A stretch of 61,304 nucleotides of DNA, counting the filler, from Asterionella formosa (lineage: Eukaryota): the NCBI GenBank assembly GCA_002256025.1. It is 4 parts of 4 records of this genome, joined end to end, with 100 filler letters (N's around TTAATTAATTAA, not from the genome) between each part and the next. Parts side by side here need not be neighbours in the genome. Positions count along the whole stretch, not along the records: positions 1 to 15,283 come from NKIB01005517.1; 3 more parts are not named here. One strand, 5' to 3'. A program made the translations under genes and the position numbers. The notes below the pieces were generated by a model. The model made no database searches. It had not been told where the DNA came from and saw only the letters and a list, made by a program, of their open reading frames with translations. Each line of letters opens with the position of its first letter. The first letter of the stretch is position 1. Positions 1-12,678 of the stretch are shown in pieces.

Positions 1-24
1 ACTCTTTCGTTCATTAAATGGTGA

Positions 25-308
25 AAGCAGCATAATATTGCGGCGGAGCAGCATAATTTCGCTTTTATACTGTTGCGATGGCTAGTTAGTCAACATATAT
101 TGTCACGAACACACATAATTATTGGTGCGATCACATAATTATTCGATAAGTAAAATAAAATTTTGTTTAACCCGAATAAATTAGGGAAAAAGTAGCATAA
201 TATTTCAAAAAAGTAACATAATATTTTGGAAAAGTAACATAATATTTTAAAAAATTAGCATAAATACGTCACTTTAGACATAAATTCGAAAAAGTGCCGT
301 AAACGGCG
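25..308. repeat. AT-rich imperfect repeat array (~21-22 nt AAAAGTA(G/A)CATAATATTT units) ending in a GCCGT-AA-ACGGC hairpin
   Basis: AGCATAAT/ACATAAT cores recur from ~25 to ~262. The short palindrome lies at 297-308, next to where the copia gag fragment is cut off. Confidence 0.5.
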
Positions 309-309
309 T

Positions 310-893
310 CTTAGATGCAGCTGAATCTCTCTCACCTGGTGATACTTCATCTCCATTTAGGATTCCTTCAAAACCTCTGTAGCAGGCATACTAGGCCACA
401 AACTTCGCTTTCCAAACGTGCCACTTGGCATCGGTACCATCAAATGTTGGCAACCGCACTCCTGACGATTCGTCATCAATTCCCATCTTGAGTACCTTTT
501 CAAACCTATCCGCTTTAAAGCATGTTAAAATGGTCTGTACTCCTTCCCGCGGGCTGGGTCTCTCTTCACGTAGACTCTTACGTTATCATAGTACTACCTA
601 GTACCACTTACTTTCTCTCTTGTCTCTGCTTCTAGCCTTCCTGCTAGATAGACTAATTGACCTTCCTGTCAATTAACACACTGTTTCCTCAGTTGATAAT
701 CTAAAACTCAAATTAAATTAGCTATAAGCTAAACTAAATGTTTCCTTTCCATGCATCTTTGCTTCCTGCAAATTCATTCTAAGAGAGTTTCCACTTATCA
801 TTTTCATAGAAATGTTCAATCTTTGATCTCGTTAGACAGCTGATTGACGTGGCAATGCAATATTCGACTCGTTCGATTACAATCGAGTCCACA
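310..893 (-). mobile_element. Ty1/copia (CoDi-like) LTR retrotransposon 5' remnant: putative LTR ~523-893, PBS-like site, disrupted gag start
   Basis: The minus strand from ATG 486 reads MGIDDESSGVRLPTFDGTDAKWHVWKAKFVA*YACYRGFEGILNGDE, matching the copia Gag N-terminal pattern (LPxFxG...WxxWxxKF) with an in-frame TAG at 391-393. The upstream segment runs TGT(893)...ACA(523) and is followed by TGCTTTAAAGC, loosely like the TGGTATCAGAGC PBS. LTR limits are inferred. Confidence 0.65.
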
Positions 894-1307
894 ATCCTTG
901 TGACTCGGGCTAATATTCTTGACACAGGTACTGGTACCTTCCTGCCGTATTATATGTACCATTACGAACGGTTTCTCAAACAATACCGGACGATTGTCCA
1001 ATGGAGGTACCTGGTACCAGTACAGGTATAAGGTAACTAATACGGGTATGATCATGGGGGTTGGTTATTTTAACACGTCAAGACTTGCCACACAGAATGA
1101 AGTCTGACGCGTGGTTTGAATATCATAACAATTACCTCTACATACCGTCAGTTATTTATGCAACATACTATATCGACTCCTTGTCTAATCGACTAAATAA
1201 ATATCATATTTTCATTTTTCTTATTAGTGCATAATACTAATATTTTGCTGCATTGTATATACCATGGACAGTTATTGAATCTTGTACATACATACTGGTT
1301 GTTTGTA

Positions 1308-1455
1308 AAGGTTGCGGCCGTGCAGTTACACATTGCGAGGTCCTTTTCCCCCAAAATATTTGTATGATGTACCTCAATCCATACATTACGTCCAAGAAAA
1401 AAGATAGTTGAAGGTAAATTTAGCTTTCACCAATACAACCACTTTGGTTACCACG
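1308..1455 (-). mobile_element. Terminal fragment of the Kolobok-like non-autonomous element, inverted relative to the 16426-17613 copy
   Basis: AAGGTTGCGGCCGTGCAGTTACACATTGCG...TATGATGTACCTCAATCCA...TTAGCTTTCACCA aligns with the reverse complement of ~17490-17615. Confidence 0.7.
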
Positions 1456-1890
1456 GTATAAATGATCGACAGTCTACAGGATATTAACATGTTTTGCGCC
1501 TGCCTTTCGTTATATGTAATACCTGTCTGGACACAATCAAAAAACTTTCGATGTGTCTACCTGCAATACCTGGTATATTGAACAAGAATTTGAGGGTCTT
1601 ATGATACCATCCAGCCGTTGACTATGTCGTACATAGGCCTCTGGCGAGGGATGATCGTCGCGAATTCACGCCACACTGCGGGCAGGGATTCCTTGCAGGC
1701 GCTGCTCGCCGAAGTCTGTATATGTATTTTCCTGGAGGTGGAGACTGCACGTATTTATGTTCAACGAATCGGCGCCTATTTTTTAGGAGTCTCTTACATC
1801 CATTTAACTTAAATCACTTCGGTTCTATTTGCACCCTCTCCTGACCTCCCTTTCATCGCAAATCAATAGTATTTCCTTCAATAGGCAACC

Positions 1891-2661
1891 ATGATGCCCG
1901 ACCCATACGAAGCCCTTGGCCTTCCTCATAGCGCAACAAAAACACAAATCAAAATGGCATATCGAAAACTTGCATTGCTGTACCATCCAGATCGAAATTC
2001 TCAAGCCACGCCTCAATGCAGAGAAGCTGCCTCCAACAAGTTTGCCCTCATCAGTACGGCATATGCTCTTCTGTCAGACGACGAGAAGAAGCGAAATTAC
2101 GACCACATCTATAGATATGGTGGATATGACACCCATCAACCATCGCTGCCCATGAACCGCCCAACCCCACCACCCTTTGACTTTGACAGCAGCACTAGTA
2201 ACAAGCGTCCCCGTGGGATTGGGTACACTGTTCACAATCCTGTGGCATATGTGATATCGTGTGGCAAACGGCAATCGACCACGATCGCTAGTTTGACAAT
2301 ACCACCACGCATGAATATGGCTGGCTTGCGCTTTTCCTATTCCGAAGGTACTTTCACCAAGGACCAAGGTGGTGTCCAATCTCAAGTGAGCAAGACGACG
2401 CAGTTTGTTCAGGGGAAGAAGTACACCAAAGTGGAAACAACAACGTTTTATCCAGATGGGAGAAAAGAATTGTTGATTGAAGGGAATGATTATGTGGAAC
2501 GACGAGTAACAAATGGACCTAAGCGACGACAACAACCGCAAGAAGAGAACGTGACACACTCTGGTGAACAAGATTTGCCATGGTATCAAAGTGCCTGGAG
2601 TGGCCTGCGAGAAAAGTTGACCAGTTGTCATAATCCCTGTGGGACGATATTGGTGCAATGA
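1891..2661 (+). CDS. DnaJ (J-domain) protein
   Basis: N-terminal DPYEALGL...IKMAYRKLALLYHPDRN...F..I..AY..LSD..K..YD with the HPD motif. Single exon, 256 aa. Confidence 0.9.
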   Translation: MMPDPYEALGLPHSATKTQIKMAYRKLALLYHPDRNSQATPQCREAASNKFALISTAYALLSDDEKKRNYDHIYRYGGYDTHQPSLPMNRPTPPPFDFDSSTSNKRPRGIGYTVHNPVAYVISCGKRQSTTIASLTIPPRMNMAGLRFSYSEGTFTKDQGGVQSQVSKTTQFVQGKKYTKVETTTFYPDGRKELLIEGNDYVERRVTNGPKRRQQPQEENVTHSGEQDLPWYQSAWSGLREKLTSCHNPCGTILVQ

Positions 2662-4329
2662 GTTACTTTGCTCTGACATGCGGAACTAGCACCCTAACCC
2701 GTGTGTGTGTGGCATGTATACATTGGTTGGTTAATTTATTTTGTTGTTTGTACACATCTAGAAACCGGTAGTTTATCAGATTAAGTGTCAATCAAATGGC
2801 AAAACGCTTTACCCTAAACTACGGTAGGCAATTGACTCGTCTAAAGTATCACTGTCATGGCTTTGATTGAACTCATTATGCCGAGAAAGAGCTTGCTCGG
2901 TTTCTCAAGGCGTACCGGTAATCTTAATCATTATTTGACTTTCGAAGCGGTAAATGATTTATGTATCCCTAACCAGTACGAGGTACCAGGTACCAGGTAC
3001 CAGGTATCCGCACGATGTATTCCATCCATGTGATAGGGAGTGGCTCGTGCGCAGCTGTTGAAAGTGACTAACTGACTGTATGAGATACCGTAACATAGGC
3101 ATAAATATAAGTGTCAGATACTTATATATAACCGCCACTAGTCGTAAGAATTACGCATTCCTAAATTATTCCAGCCTATCTCGTCCGACAGGCATTAGAT
3201 GATCCATTGGGAGTGCGTCGAAACTGAAATGGTGTGCATAAAACATGCGCTACTGGACCTTCCACTCTTCTAGTTTCAGAATCCACATGTTTAGGAATCC
3301 TACCTTTCTACATTTAGAACCTGCTGACAACATCTAGAATTTGTTGACTCCAACTAAATCTTGCTGACAGCAACTCCTGCCATTCATGGTGTTCGGTTGT
3401 TGCTGGTCGAATAATTCAGGGAATATCTTCATGAAAAGTACTTTTACATTATTAAATGCAAAAAGATCTATACAAAGGTCTATGCATCTTACTATATTTA
3501 TCATCAGGTTTCAACCAGCCATAAGTTTTTGTGGTTCATGTGTCAAAAGGTATTAGTATGTTAGCATTGTTTGCTTCTTAGTTACAGGAGTACCATGTAT
3601 AGGTAGGTGCCAAGAAAATATCAGACCTATTATATTCTATTTATTAACCATCATCAGTTTAGACTTCTACACTAATACCAGTATGTGTGTACTACGCATG
3701 TATATTTATATGTATCTATGTATGTTCAATCCATTATGTGGGAAAATATTCTTCTGTATTTCTAGCAAATAAATATTGTTAAATGATGGGAATCCAGAAA
3801 GAAGAAATGAAGGATTGATCACAACATTAGCAACTTCTGGTGGTTCCCTTGGCAAATCTTGGAAGCCTTTCAGAATTAAGATTAACTAATGAATTTATAT
3901 AGACCTGTTTGTTTGCTACTTGGAGTAGCAATTAATAATTAATTTTTTTTATATCAGCAACACATTGATTGGATGTTTGACGATGCAGCCACTCTCACGG
4001 GAGTTAAATTGACTTGTCATCACATAAAATGTATGTATATGTCCATGAATATTCAGGATTATTCCAAGGACTAAACAAATATACCGGTATCTTATTTGCT
4101 TGATGCTCGATCGTTCTGATGATAAACAAGAAATGATGTTTTTCAGTACGTATAGTATATACAGGGTATATGAATAGCATGTTTGGCATGTATGAAGTAT
4201 GAAATGTGAAAATCTACCAACCCAAAGAAGTCAAAAGATAATATTGACTGATGCTCTCGCACTCATTTAATTTTTTATCGACAAGAAATCAGAAACGTGA
4301 CTCCCTCATCAACCTTACAATCCAGTAAA

Positions 4330-5885
4330 ATGATACCATTTAAGCTGGTTCTGGTTTTGCTTCCATGTTCATTCATGGCTCTCCCGAAAGCTAGTTGCGC
4401 CCTGTCGACTGGCAATAACGAGGGATTCGTACCAGAAGTGGATTCGCAGCAGCAGGTAGAACGAGAAAGCTTCCATCAATGGAAGAAGTGGCGTCCAAAC
4501 TCGTTCCCAAATCCAATACAAGACTCTGACGCGTGCAGTGGTGGATTAAATCACAGAATTTGTGATCCAGATTCAGTTTTGAAGGAGCTGGAGCTTGTCG
4601 CGCTGTGGGAACGAATTCAACTCATTGAGCAAACTCAAGCGATCATTTGTCATGACAGCAACGAGCCTATTGAAGTTGGGATTGCTTTAGTTCAAAAGGT
4701 ACGCCAGAGCAACAAATTAAACCACCTACCACATTGACGAATGAATTTTGAATCGTTGCGTCTAGTGGACTAACTAGATCATCAATATATTACCATCAGA
4801 TGGACTTGGCTCCATATGGCTCGTTTAAAGACGAAGAAGCGAAAGCGGCGGAGTCGTTTGCCATCTACCTTCATGACGAATGGGGGGTGGGCAAGAAAAC
4901 GTCATGCGGTGGAACGGGTATTTTCTTCTTCCTGTCCATACGTGATCGAGCCATGTTTCTTTCACGTGGAGGAGCTACCAAAAAAGTGTTGACCAACGGG
5001 AGACTGGATAGCATACTTGACACGGTTAGGTCCATGTTACGACTAGAAGACTACGGTGGAGCCATTTTAGAAGTTCTGGAGCAAATAGAACATTATATTG
5101 CCTTGGGAGAACCCACTGCAGAGGAAACTCGTCAAGAAATGCTGCAATGTGTTATCCCTCTTGCCATTTTTTTTGGAATTATTCTCCTCTTCGTGTTCAA
5201 GGAGCGTCATGATCGTCAGGAACACTTGATTTATGCCAAGGTCGAATCTCAGCTTAGTGAATTGGACCGTTCTCGTGCCGAAGCCCTTCAAGGACGGTAC
5301 GATTGTACGTCGTGTCCTATTTGTTTGGAGGCCTTCCCTCCCGAACCTACACCAGGTCGAACCAAGAATGGCAGTGACATGCTACCGTTGAAACTATTGC
5401 GATGTGGACATGTCTTTGATGAAACCTGCTGGAATGAATGGATCAATAGCGGGCAAAGCACTGTGCGTCGTTGTCCTATTTGCCAACAAGATGTAGGATT
5501 GTCGAAAGTCAATAATTCTGATACTGGTAGTTTGATCCAAAACAACAGGATGCAACAAGATGACAACCAGATGCAACACGAAAACAATATGATGCAACAG
5601 CAAAACAACAACATGTATGAGAATCGCGTATTTCGTCAATACCTGCGAGAACGAAATTTTCGTCTAGCCCGCATGAGCGCTCAGTTTCCCCGATACGTTC
5701 GCCCAGAGCAGATTCAACGATGGACGACGGCGTCGACGTATGATGATACACTGTTGGCACGTGACCCAACATTTGTCCAGTCGAATCCAAGACTTGTGCG
5801 GGCTTCAACGACTAGAATGACTACTTCCAGTATTCGTAGTTTTGGTGGTGGTTCCAGTGCTGGTGGGCGTGGAGGTCGCTGGTGA
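4330..5885 (+). CDS. Signal peptide + TPM/MOLO-1-like ectodomain + TM helix + RING-H2 zinc finger (putative membrane E3 ligase); exons 4330-4698 and 4800-5885
   Basis: Phase-0 intron 4699-4799 (AAG|GTACGC...CATCAG|ATG) joins two ORFs. TPM-like motifs PNP...ICDPDSVL, LHDEWGVG and GIFFFLSIRDR; TM segment VIPLAIFFGIILLFVF; RING CPIC-x-CGHVFDETC-x-CPIC; C-terminal SFGGGSSAGGRGGRW tail typical of TPM proteins. Confidence 0.85.
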
Positions 5886-8359
5886 GGCAAACTTTCTGCA
5901 GTCGATATTTCGTTGGTATTGGTGTGCAAATTCCTGTTTAGATGGCATCATCATCAGGTGGGTCTACTTAATTTTATGTCTATGTTACATTTGATGAAGT
6001 CGAATGGACATTTGATGCTGGTAGCTACAAGAATGATGAAGTGGAAGGGGGAAAGGGGTGTGGGGTGTTTTATTTTCTTCAGTAGTAGGCTTCTATGTAG
6101 CCCCTTTCCAACTACCATAGACGATCTTGTCCGGTGAACATATGTAGGACAGAATGCAAAAAATCAAATACTACTGTTGCATATTGTTTCAATAAGCGAA
6201 ATCTTAACAGATGAAAATTTTCATCTTTTCATTGAATTTTGTTGCTCAACCCAATTTTTTGTATCTTGTTCCTCCATATTTTGTGTATTTGGGAGTAACA
6301 CCTTTTATGTCTCTTGGAAATGTGTATCTTTCTTTTGTGTAGTTTCCAGAAACAGCATTATGAAACGCTATTTTAATAAATTTACTTATCTCATGTAGTA
6401 ATTCTAATCTTATCAACAACGACATTCTTTCTATTCCAAAACAAAATGATTTCTGGGAGGAGCCATGGCAGTGACTTTTTTAATCCCTACACATGTAATT
6501 ATGCTTCATCTCTTCTCAACAAATGCAATACGGCATTTGTTCCTTAATGTAGTTCCTTTTCATGGCTTCATATGATTCTTCTGACAATGACTCTCGCCCT
6601 ACACTTGATGATCCATGAGTTGCAATAACCAGCTCTGGAGAGTTTTGATAGACAATGATGGGGAATCGACCATGATTAAGACTTCGGTAACTTGGGTTTT
6701 CTACATTGTCTCTGGATACAGAAACAAACCAAGGCTACTACGACTTTTGATCATCGAAATGTGATTGGATACAACAAGAAACAATCACTAAAAATGGATG
6801 TTGCTGTTTCCTTTTTGCAAGACATCAGGCAGTTCATCCTCACTGATTATATCTCTTCATTTGTTTCTGGAAATTTCGTTGATAATGCAGTGCAAGAGTT
6901 CACAGCATCATGGAAAATTTGGGAAATATCAAAACAGTTGAAAACGCCATACTATGTTGTAGGACAAGAATGTGCTTTGTCATGCCGGAATAAAAGCCAT
7001 AGGTTCATTTTTTTCCTGTTATGGCGTGATGATTATATATTGGAGACAAAGTTGTATTGGTATCGAATGCCTCAGTGTGTTGATAAGCGACTGTGGTGAA
7101 ACCCACTAGACAGTGTAATAGGCGATGCTCTGTTCACGTGGTTGTACTGGTGTGTGCTGGTGGGCGAATCATTATCCCAGACGGCGGTCTGGGAGATGTT
7201 CTAATTGCTATCTAGGGATTGAATATATATGTTATAGATGATAAAAGCGTAAAATATTGAAGTGAACGGCTTTGGTGCCTTGACATGGTCGAATTCCCTC
7301 GACTCCACAAAACAATGAGAGATGACTATATTTGAATTGTCTCCATACTATGCATAAAACCGTTTCTTGCCTCTTGGAATATTCTTCCCCATCACAACCA
7401 CTTCCCCTCCTCTTTGTTGGACTTAGATGTGACATACAAATACTTGTCAGCTTTTACTTTGGAGCAGCATGCTCACCTGCACCTGCCTATATCCTTCTCG
7501 TTTGTTGCTCCCTCTCACCAAAAAGCAATACATACTAGAGATGTGTATGCTGAAACATTAATTGCCCCTACTGGTGATCTAGCTAGTACCAGGAGATTTT
7601 GGTAATAAAACGGAACAAATATGTACAAATTAGAGAAGGGCAAGAGGGGGATTAGTTTCGATTTGTACAAGAAAATTAATTCCTGGTTGATTGCAGGTGG
7701 TTCTTCACAGGCTAGCTTTGCATAGGTGTTGATGCCTGACATGCAACCTGCTTGATGTGCCGTGTTGACAGCACAGATAGTGTCTGCATTAAACAATTGA
7801 TATGGAGTGTTGACAGTGTGGGTATTCACTTCTCTTATATGAAGAATGATCTGGATAGATCAAAAAACTACAAGCCCAGGTATGTGTATGCAAATGCTGA
7901 GGACTTTGCTGTGTTGTCCAATCACCAAATGCTTGTTTGAGTACATGTTATTTATGAACCCATGCATAAGAGATGAAAAGATTGGATGTTTGAACAGAAC
8001 ATCGAGGTCGCCTGCAACAAAATGTATATATGCTGCTCTTGAGCAATGCAAGGACCGCCGCCTTGGCATTTCATCTGTGACTGCTTAATCTAGTAGGAAG
8101 ATATGTTGTGTAAATCTGAAGTTGAACACTGCTTTGAGACAAATGCATCATGAGCAAAAGGTTCTAAGCAGTTGTGGCTACTAGTTCTGCAAATCATATT
8201 CCATATATTGATTGTGATCCAAGCAATGATGGATATTGCCAATGTCTTTGCAAGATGGTGAAGCATCAGCAAATTTGCAAGAAGTCTAAAGGTTCATTCA
8301 CTTCTTTCTATCCAAATAATTGAATAATAACCATATGCTTTTACATTTCTTGCATATAC

Positions 8360-8762
8360 TTTATCACTATGGATTGGTGCTCTACCCTGCAATATATGAA
8401 GTCAATTAATATAGTAGGCATAGTGTACTGGCTACATACTACCACATCGCTTGCTTGGTGCATTACAAGTATATTTGTAGCAACAGTTTTATCACTATGG
8501 ATTGGTGCTCTACCCTGCAATATATGAAATCAATTAATACAGGCATAGTGTCCTGGGTATAAACTACCACATCGCTTGCTTGGTGCACTACAAGTATAGT
8601 CGTTTCAACAGTTTTATCACTATGGATTGGTGCTCTACCCTGCAATATACGAAGTCAATTGATATACCGGTAGGCATACCGGTAGTGTACTGGCTATTTA
8701 TATTTATGCTACCACATCGTCGCTTGCTTGGTGCAGTACAAGTAAAGTCGTAGCAACAGTTT
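8360..8762. repeat. Three-copy tandem repeat with a ~125-150 nt unit
   Basis: TTTATCACTATGGATTGGTGCTCTACCCTGCAATAT starts at 8360, 8488 and 8613; each is followed by CTACCACATCG...CTTGCTTGGTGCA...CAACAGT. Confidence 0.9.
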
Positions 8763-9314
8763 GCTAGCTAAACAACCTGGTACCCTGGTACCAGTATACC
8801 GCGATACCAGTGCCAGTATTTTTAAATTGTTACCATCCCGGTAGACTACCGTATACTCCGAGTATGTCATTGTGGCTGCTACCGGTAGTCTACCTCATGC
8901 TCAAAGCAGGTACATACCGGTGTACCGGCATTTAATGCACATATATGTTATAGTCTATTTTCGCACTTAGAATAACAAAAACCTTGGCTTTCAACATGTG
9001 GGAAAAATCGTCCACATATTTCCGTCGTCGTACCTGGTACCTGTTCTGGGATTGTTTACTACGACAACGACCTCTTAAAATTCTTGGAAAGCTTCAACGA
9101 AACAAATGCCAGTTTTCGCTCAATCGAAATACCGGTACCTAGTACCCTGGTACTGTACTAACTATTATATGTATGTAGGGCGGAAAGCAATTAATAAATG
9201 CCTACTGGTACCAGGTACTGTATACCGGTACTCCTGAGAAATACTCGATGGACGATGACCGAATCCCGGACTATTGTACCCTCGCGTGAACAAAGTCACA
9301 TGACCCTGCTTTAG

Positions 9315-10777
<1,463 letters not shown>

Positions 10778-11405
10778 GCAAGTAACCGCTCGACGATCTT
10801 GTGCTCGACTACCGTATTTTTGCTTGATAATAAAATAATAAATGGATTGTAGAAATTTCTCAAAAAATGAAACAAACCCAACACAGGTTTATAGCAATTG
10901 TAAATGAATCCAGGTACCGTCAATCGACAATCTAAACAAGTGATATAGTCCAAGAAAAAGGAAAGTTAGAAAAAATGCTGTCCTACACAAGGTGCAGGTC
11001 ATTGGTTATTGTCTCTGCAAGTAAATAATACATTTCCATACCAGTATACTTATTGATTGAATCAAGGCTACAGGTAAAAAAAGGGTAGTACATGATAGCT
11101 GCCAAAATTTTAACTGAAACAGTGAGGCCCAGACCGCTTTTTCCGTTTCTTTTCCTCCAATTTCGATAAGTACATACCAATAGTCCATTTGAGACCAAAT
11201 GAATGCAATAATAAAATCATTTGAACGCAATGGTTCCATGAAGCTGAGAAAGGAACATCTTTTCGATTGTTGAGCAATGTTGCAAGTTTTCTCAAGCTAT
11301 GATGACAGCTATTCAAACCTAACTTCTTCATGAAAAACACATCTTCATTCAGCAATTTGTTGAATGAATTACAGTCGATAAAGTGGTCCCTCTTCTGCTG
11401 TTCAG

Positions 11406-11443
11406 GTGGTTGTTGTTGTTGTTGTTATTGTTGTTGTTGTTGT
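11406..11443. repeat. (GTT)n microsatellite
   Basis: Run of GTT triplets read directly from the sequence. Confidence 0.85.
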
Positions 11444-11691
11444 GTTTATTGCTTGATGAGTACAACTACAGGACAAAGTTGAAAAATAATATGCTTGCTA
11501 TACAGAAATCAAACCAAATACATGCCACCTCACTTCTAAAAGTTTTGAAACAACATATATAGGTGGAATAAAGTAGAATTACTTTTGAAACGAAAAAATA
11601 GCAAAAACACTACCTAATCACTATTAGATTTAAAATATTTAGAATTAGCTAGGTTTGAAAGCACTGTACACTTCATGGGGGTCCTTGTTTT

Positions 11692-12081
11692 TCAAAGGGA
11701 TCGAACCGCCCCCTTCAAACAACAGTCAGGAAGTTCCTTCCGAACAAAGTTCCCCAATGAACCACAAAAAAATCTGATCAAAAACATGGAGATTGTGTGC
11801 TCTTGAAAAAGGGTTATGTCGTCATCCTTCAATATGGTGCAAATGAAATCATGATCCTTCAAAAACTTATCCTTCAAGAACTCTTTGACTTCATCCCATC
11901 AGCACCACTGACATACAGGGCAACCAAAATCACAGCTTTTGCCGAAGATGCGATCCTCACATCCCTGCTCCACTTCCGACTCTACTATTAACTGGTCTTG
12001 ACATGTTGTTGGACATGTATCATGACTGTAGTCGAATTGGCTGTTGCCATGGTCATCATGATGATGTGTAATATCACTCAT
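11692..12081 (-). pseudogene. Disrupted Cys-rich ORF resembling the KolX / P2X7-ballast-like domain, probably transposon-derived
   Basis: Two consecutive broken frames: ...CDFGCPVCQWC* and ...FFCGSLGNFVRKELPDCCLKGAVRSL*. The second fits the LGxxxRxxLPxC...(I/V)R pattern. Confidence 0.4.
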
Positions 12082-12428
12082 GCTTGTTGATTAATGCATT
12101 TTCGGATTATTTTATCATCAAAAAATATTTGCGAAGCTGCTGGGTTGTATTGCACATATTTGTTGATCGGAGTATAGAATATAGATACATTGAGCAATGA
12201 AGAATGTATACATCTTTAGCCAATTCGAGGAGGAATCTATGTACACACAAGCGCAAATTTCCACTTAATAAGAAAATTCAAACGGAATCATTGTGATTTA
12301 TATTTTATAGCACATAAACGTTCCCATTTCCACGGAATTTCTGCAACCCTAATTTAAATGTTAATTTTTGCCTATGTAGGGTTTCAAATGCAGCAAAAAC
12401 ATAATTTCCATAAAGAAAATAGGAAAAT

Positions 12429-12514
12429 GATATTTCGTCCCCCTAACCCTACATAGACTCTTCTAAGCTAACATAGCATCTGTGGATAAGGGTTGTGTTG
12501 GGGGACGAAATATC
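12429..12514. repeat. Perfect 15-bp inverted repeat upstream of the nucleoporin gene
   Basis: GATATTTCGTCCCCC (12429-12443) and GGGGGACGAAATATC (12500-12514), with an inner AACCCT/AGGGTT pair. Confidence 0.85.
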
Positions 12515-12678
12515 CTCATTTCCCAAAAAATAATAAAAGCAGAAATATATGTAGTATAAGGTAATAGTAAATAATATACCCGTACTATATCATCAGCACC
12601 GCTGATGGTTCAACGATTGTTGACAATCAGGTTGCAATCGCGTCTCCCCTCATTGATCCAGCACACAGCCACTCCAGG

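Noticed and set aside
2690..2820. CCCTAA telomere-like hexamers
   Set aside because: Isolated single copies with no tandem array.
6400..8300. Short ORFs in AT-rich DNA as a gene or transposase
   Set aside because: No motif recognised in the frames examined; possibly old repeat debris but unsupported.
8360..8762. Regularly spaced identical 36-nt blocks resembling a CRISPR array
   Set aside because: The intervening sequences are homologous to each other, there are no cas genes, and the context is eukaryotic.
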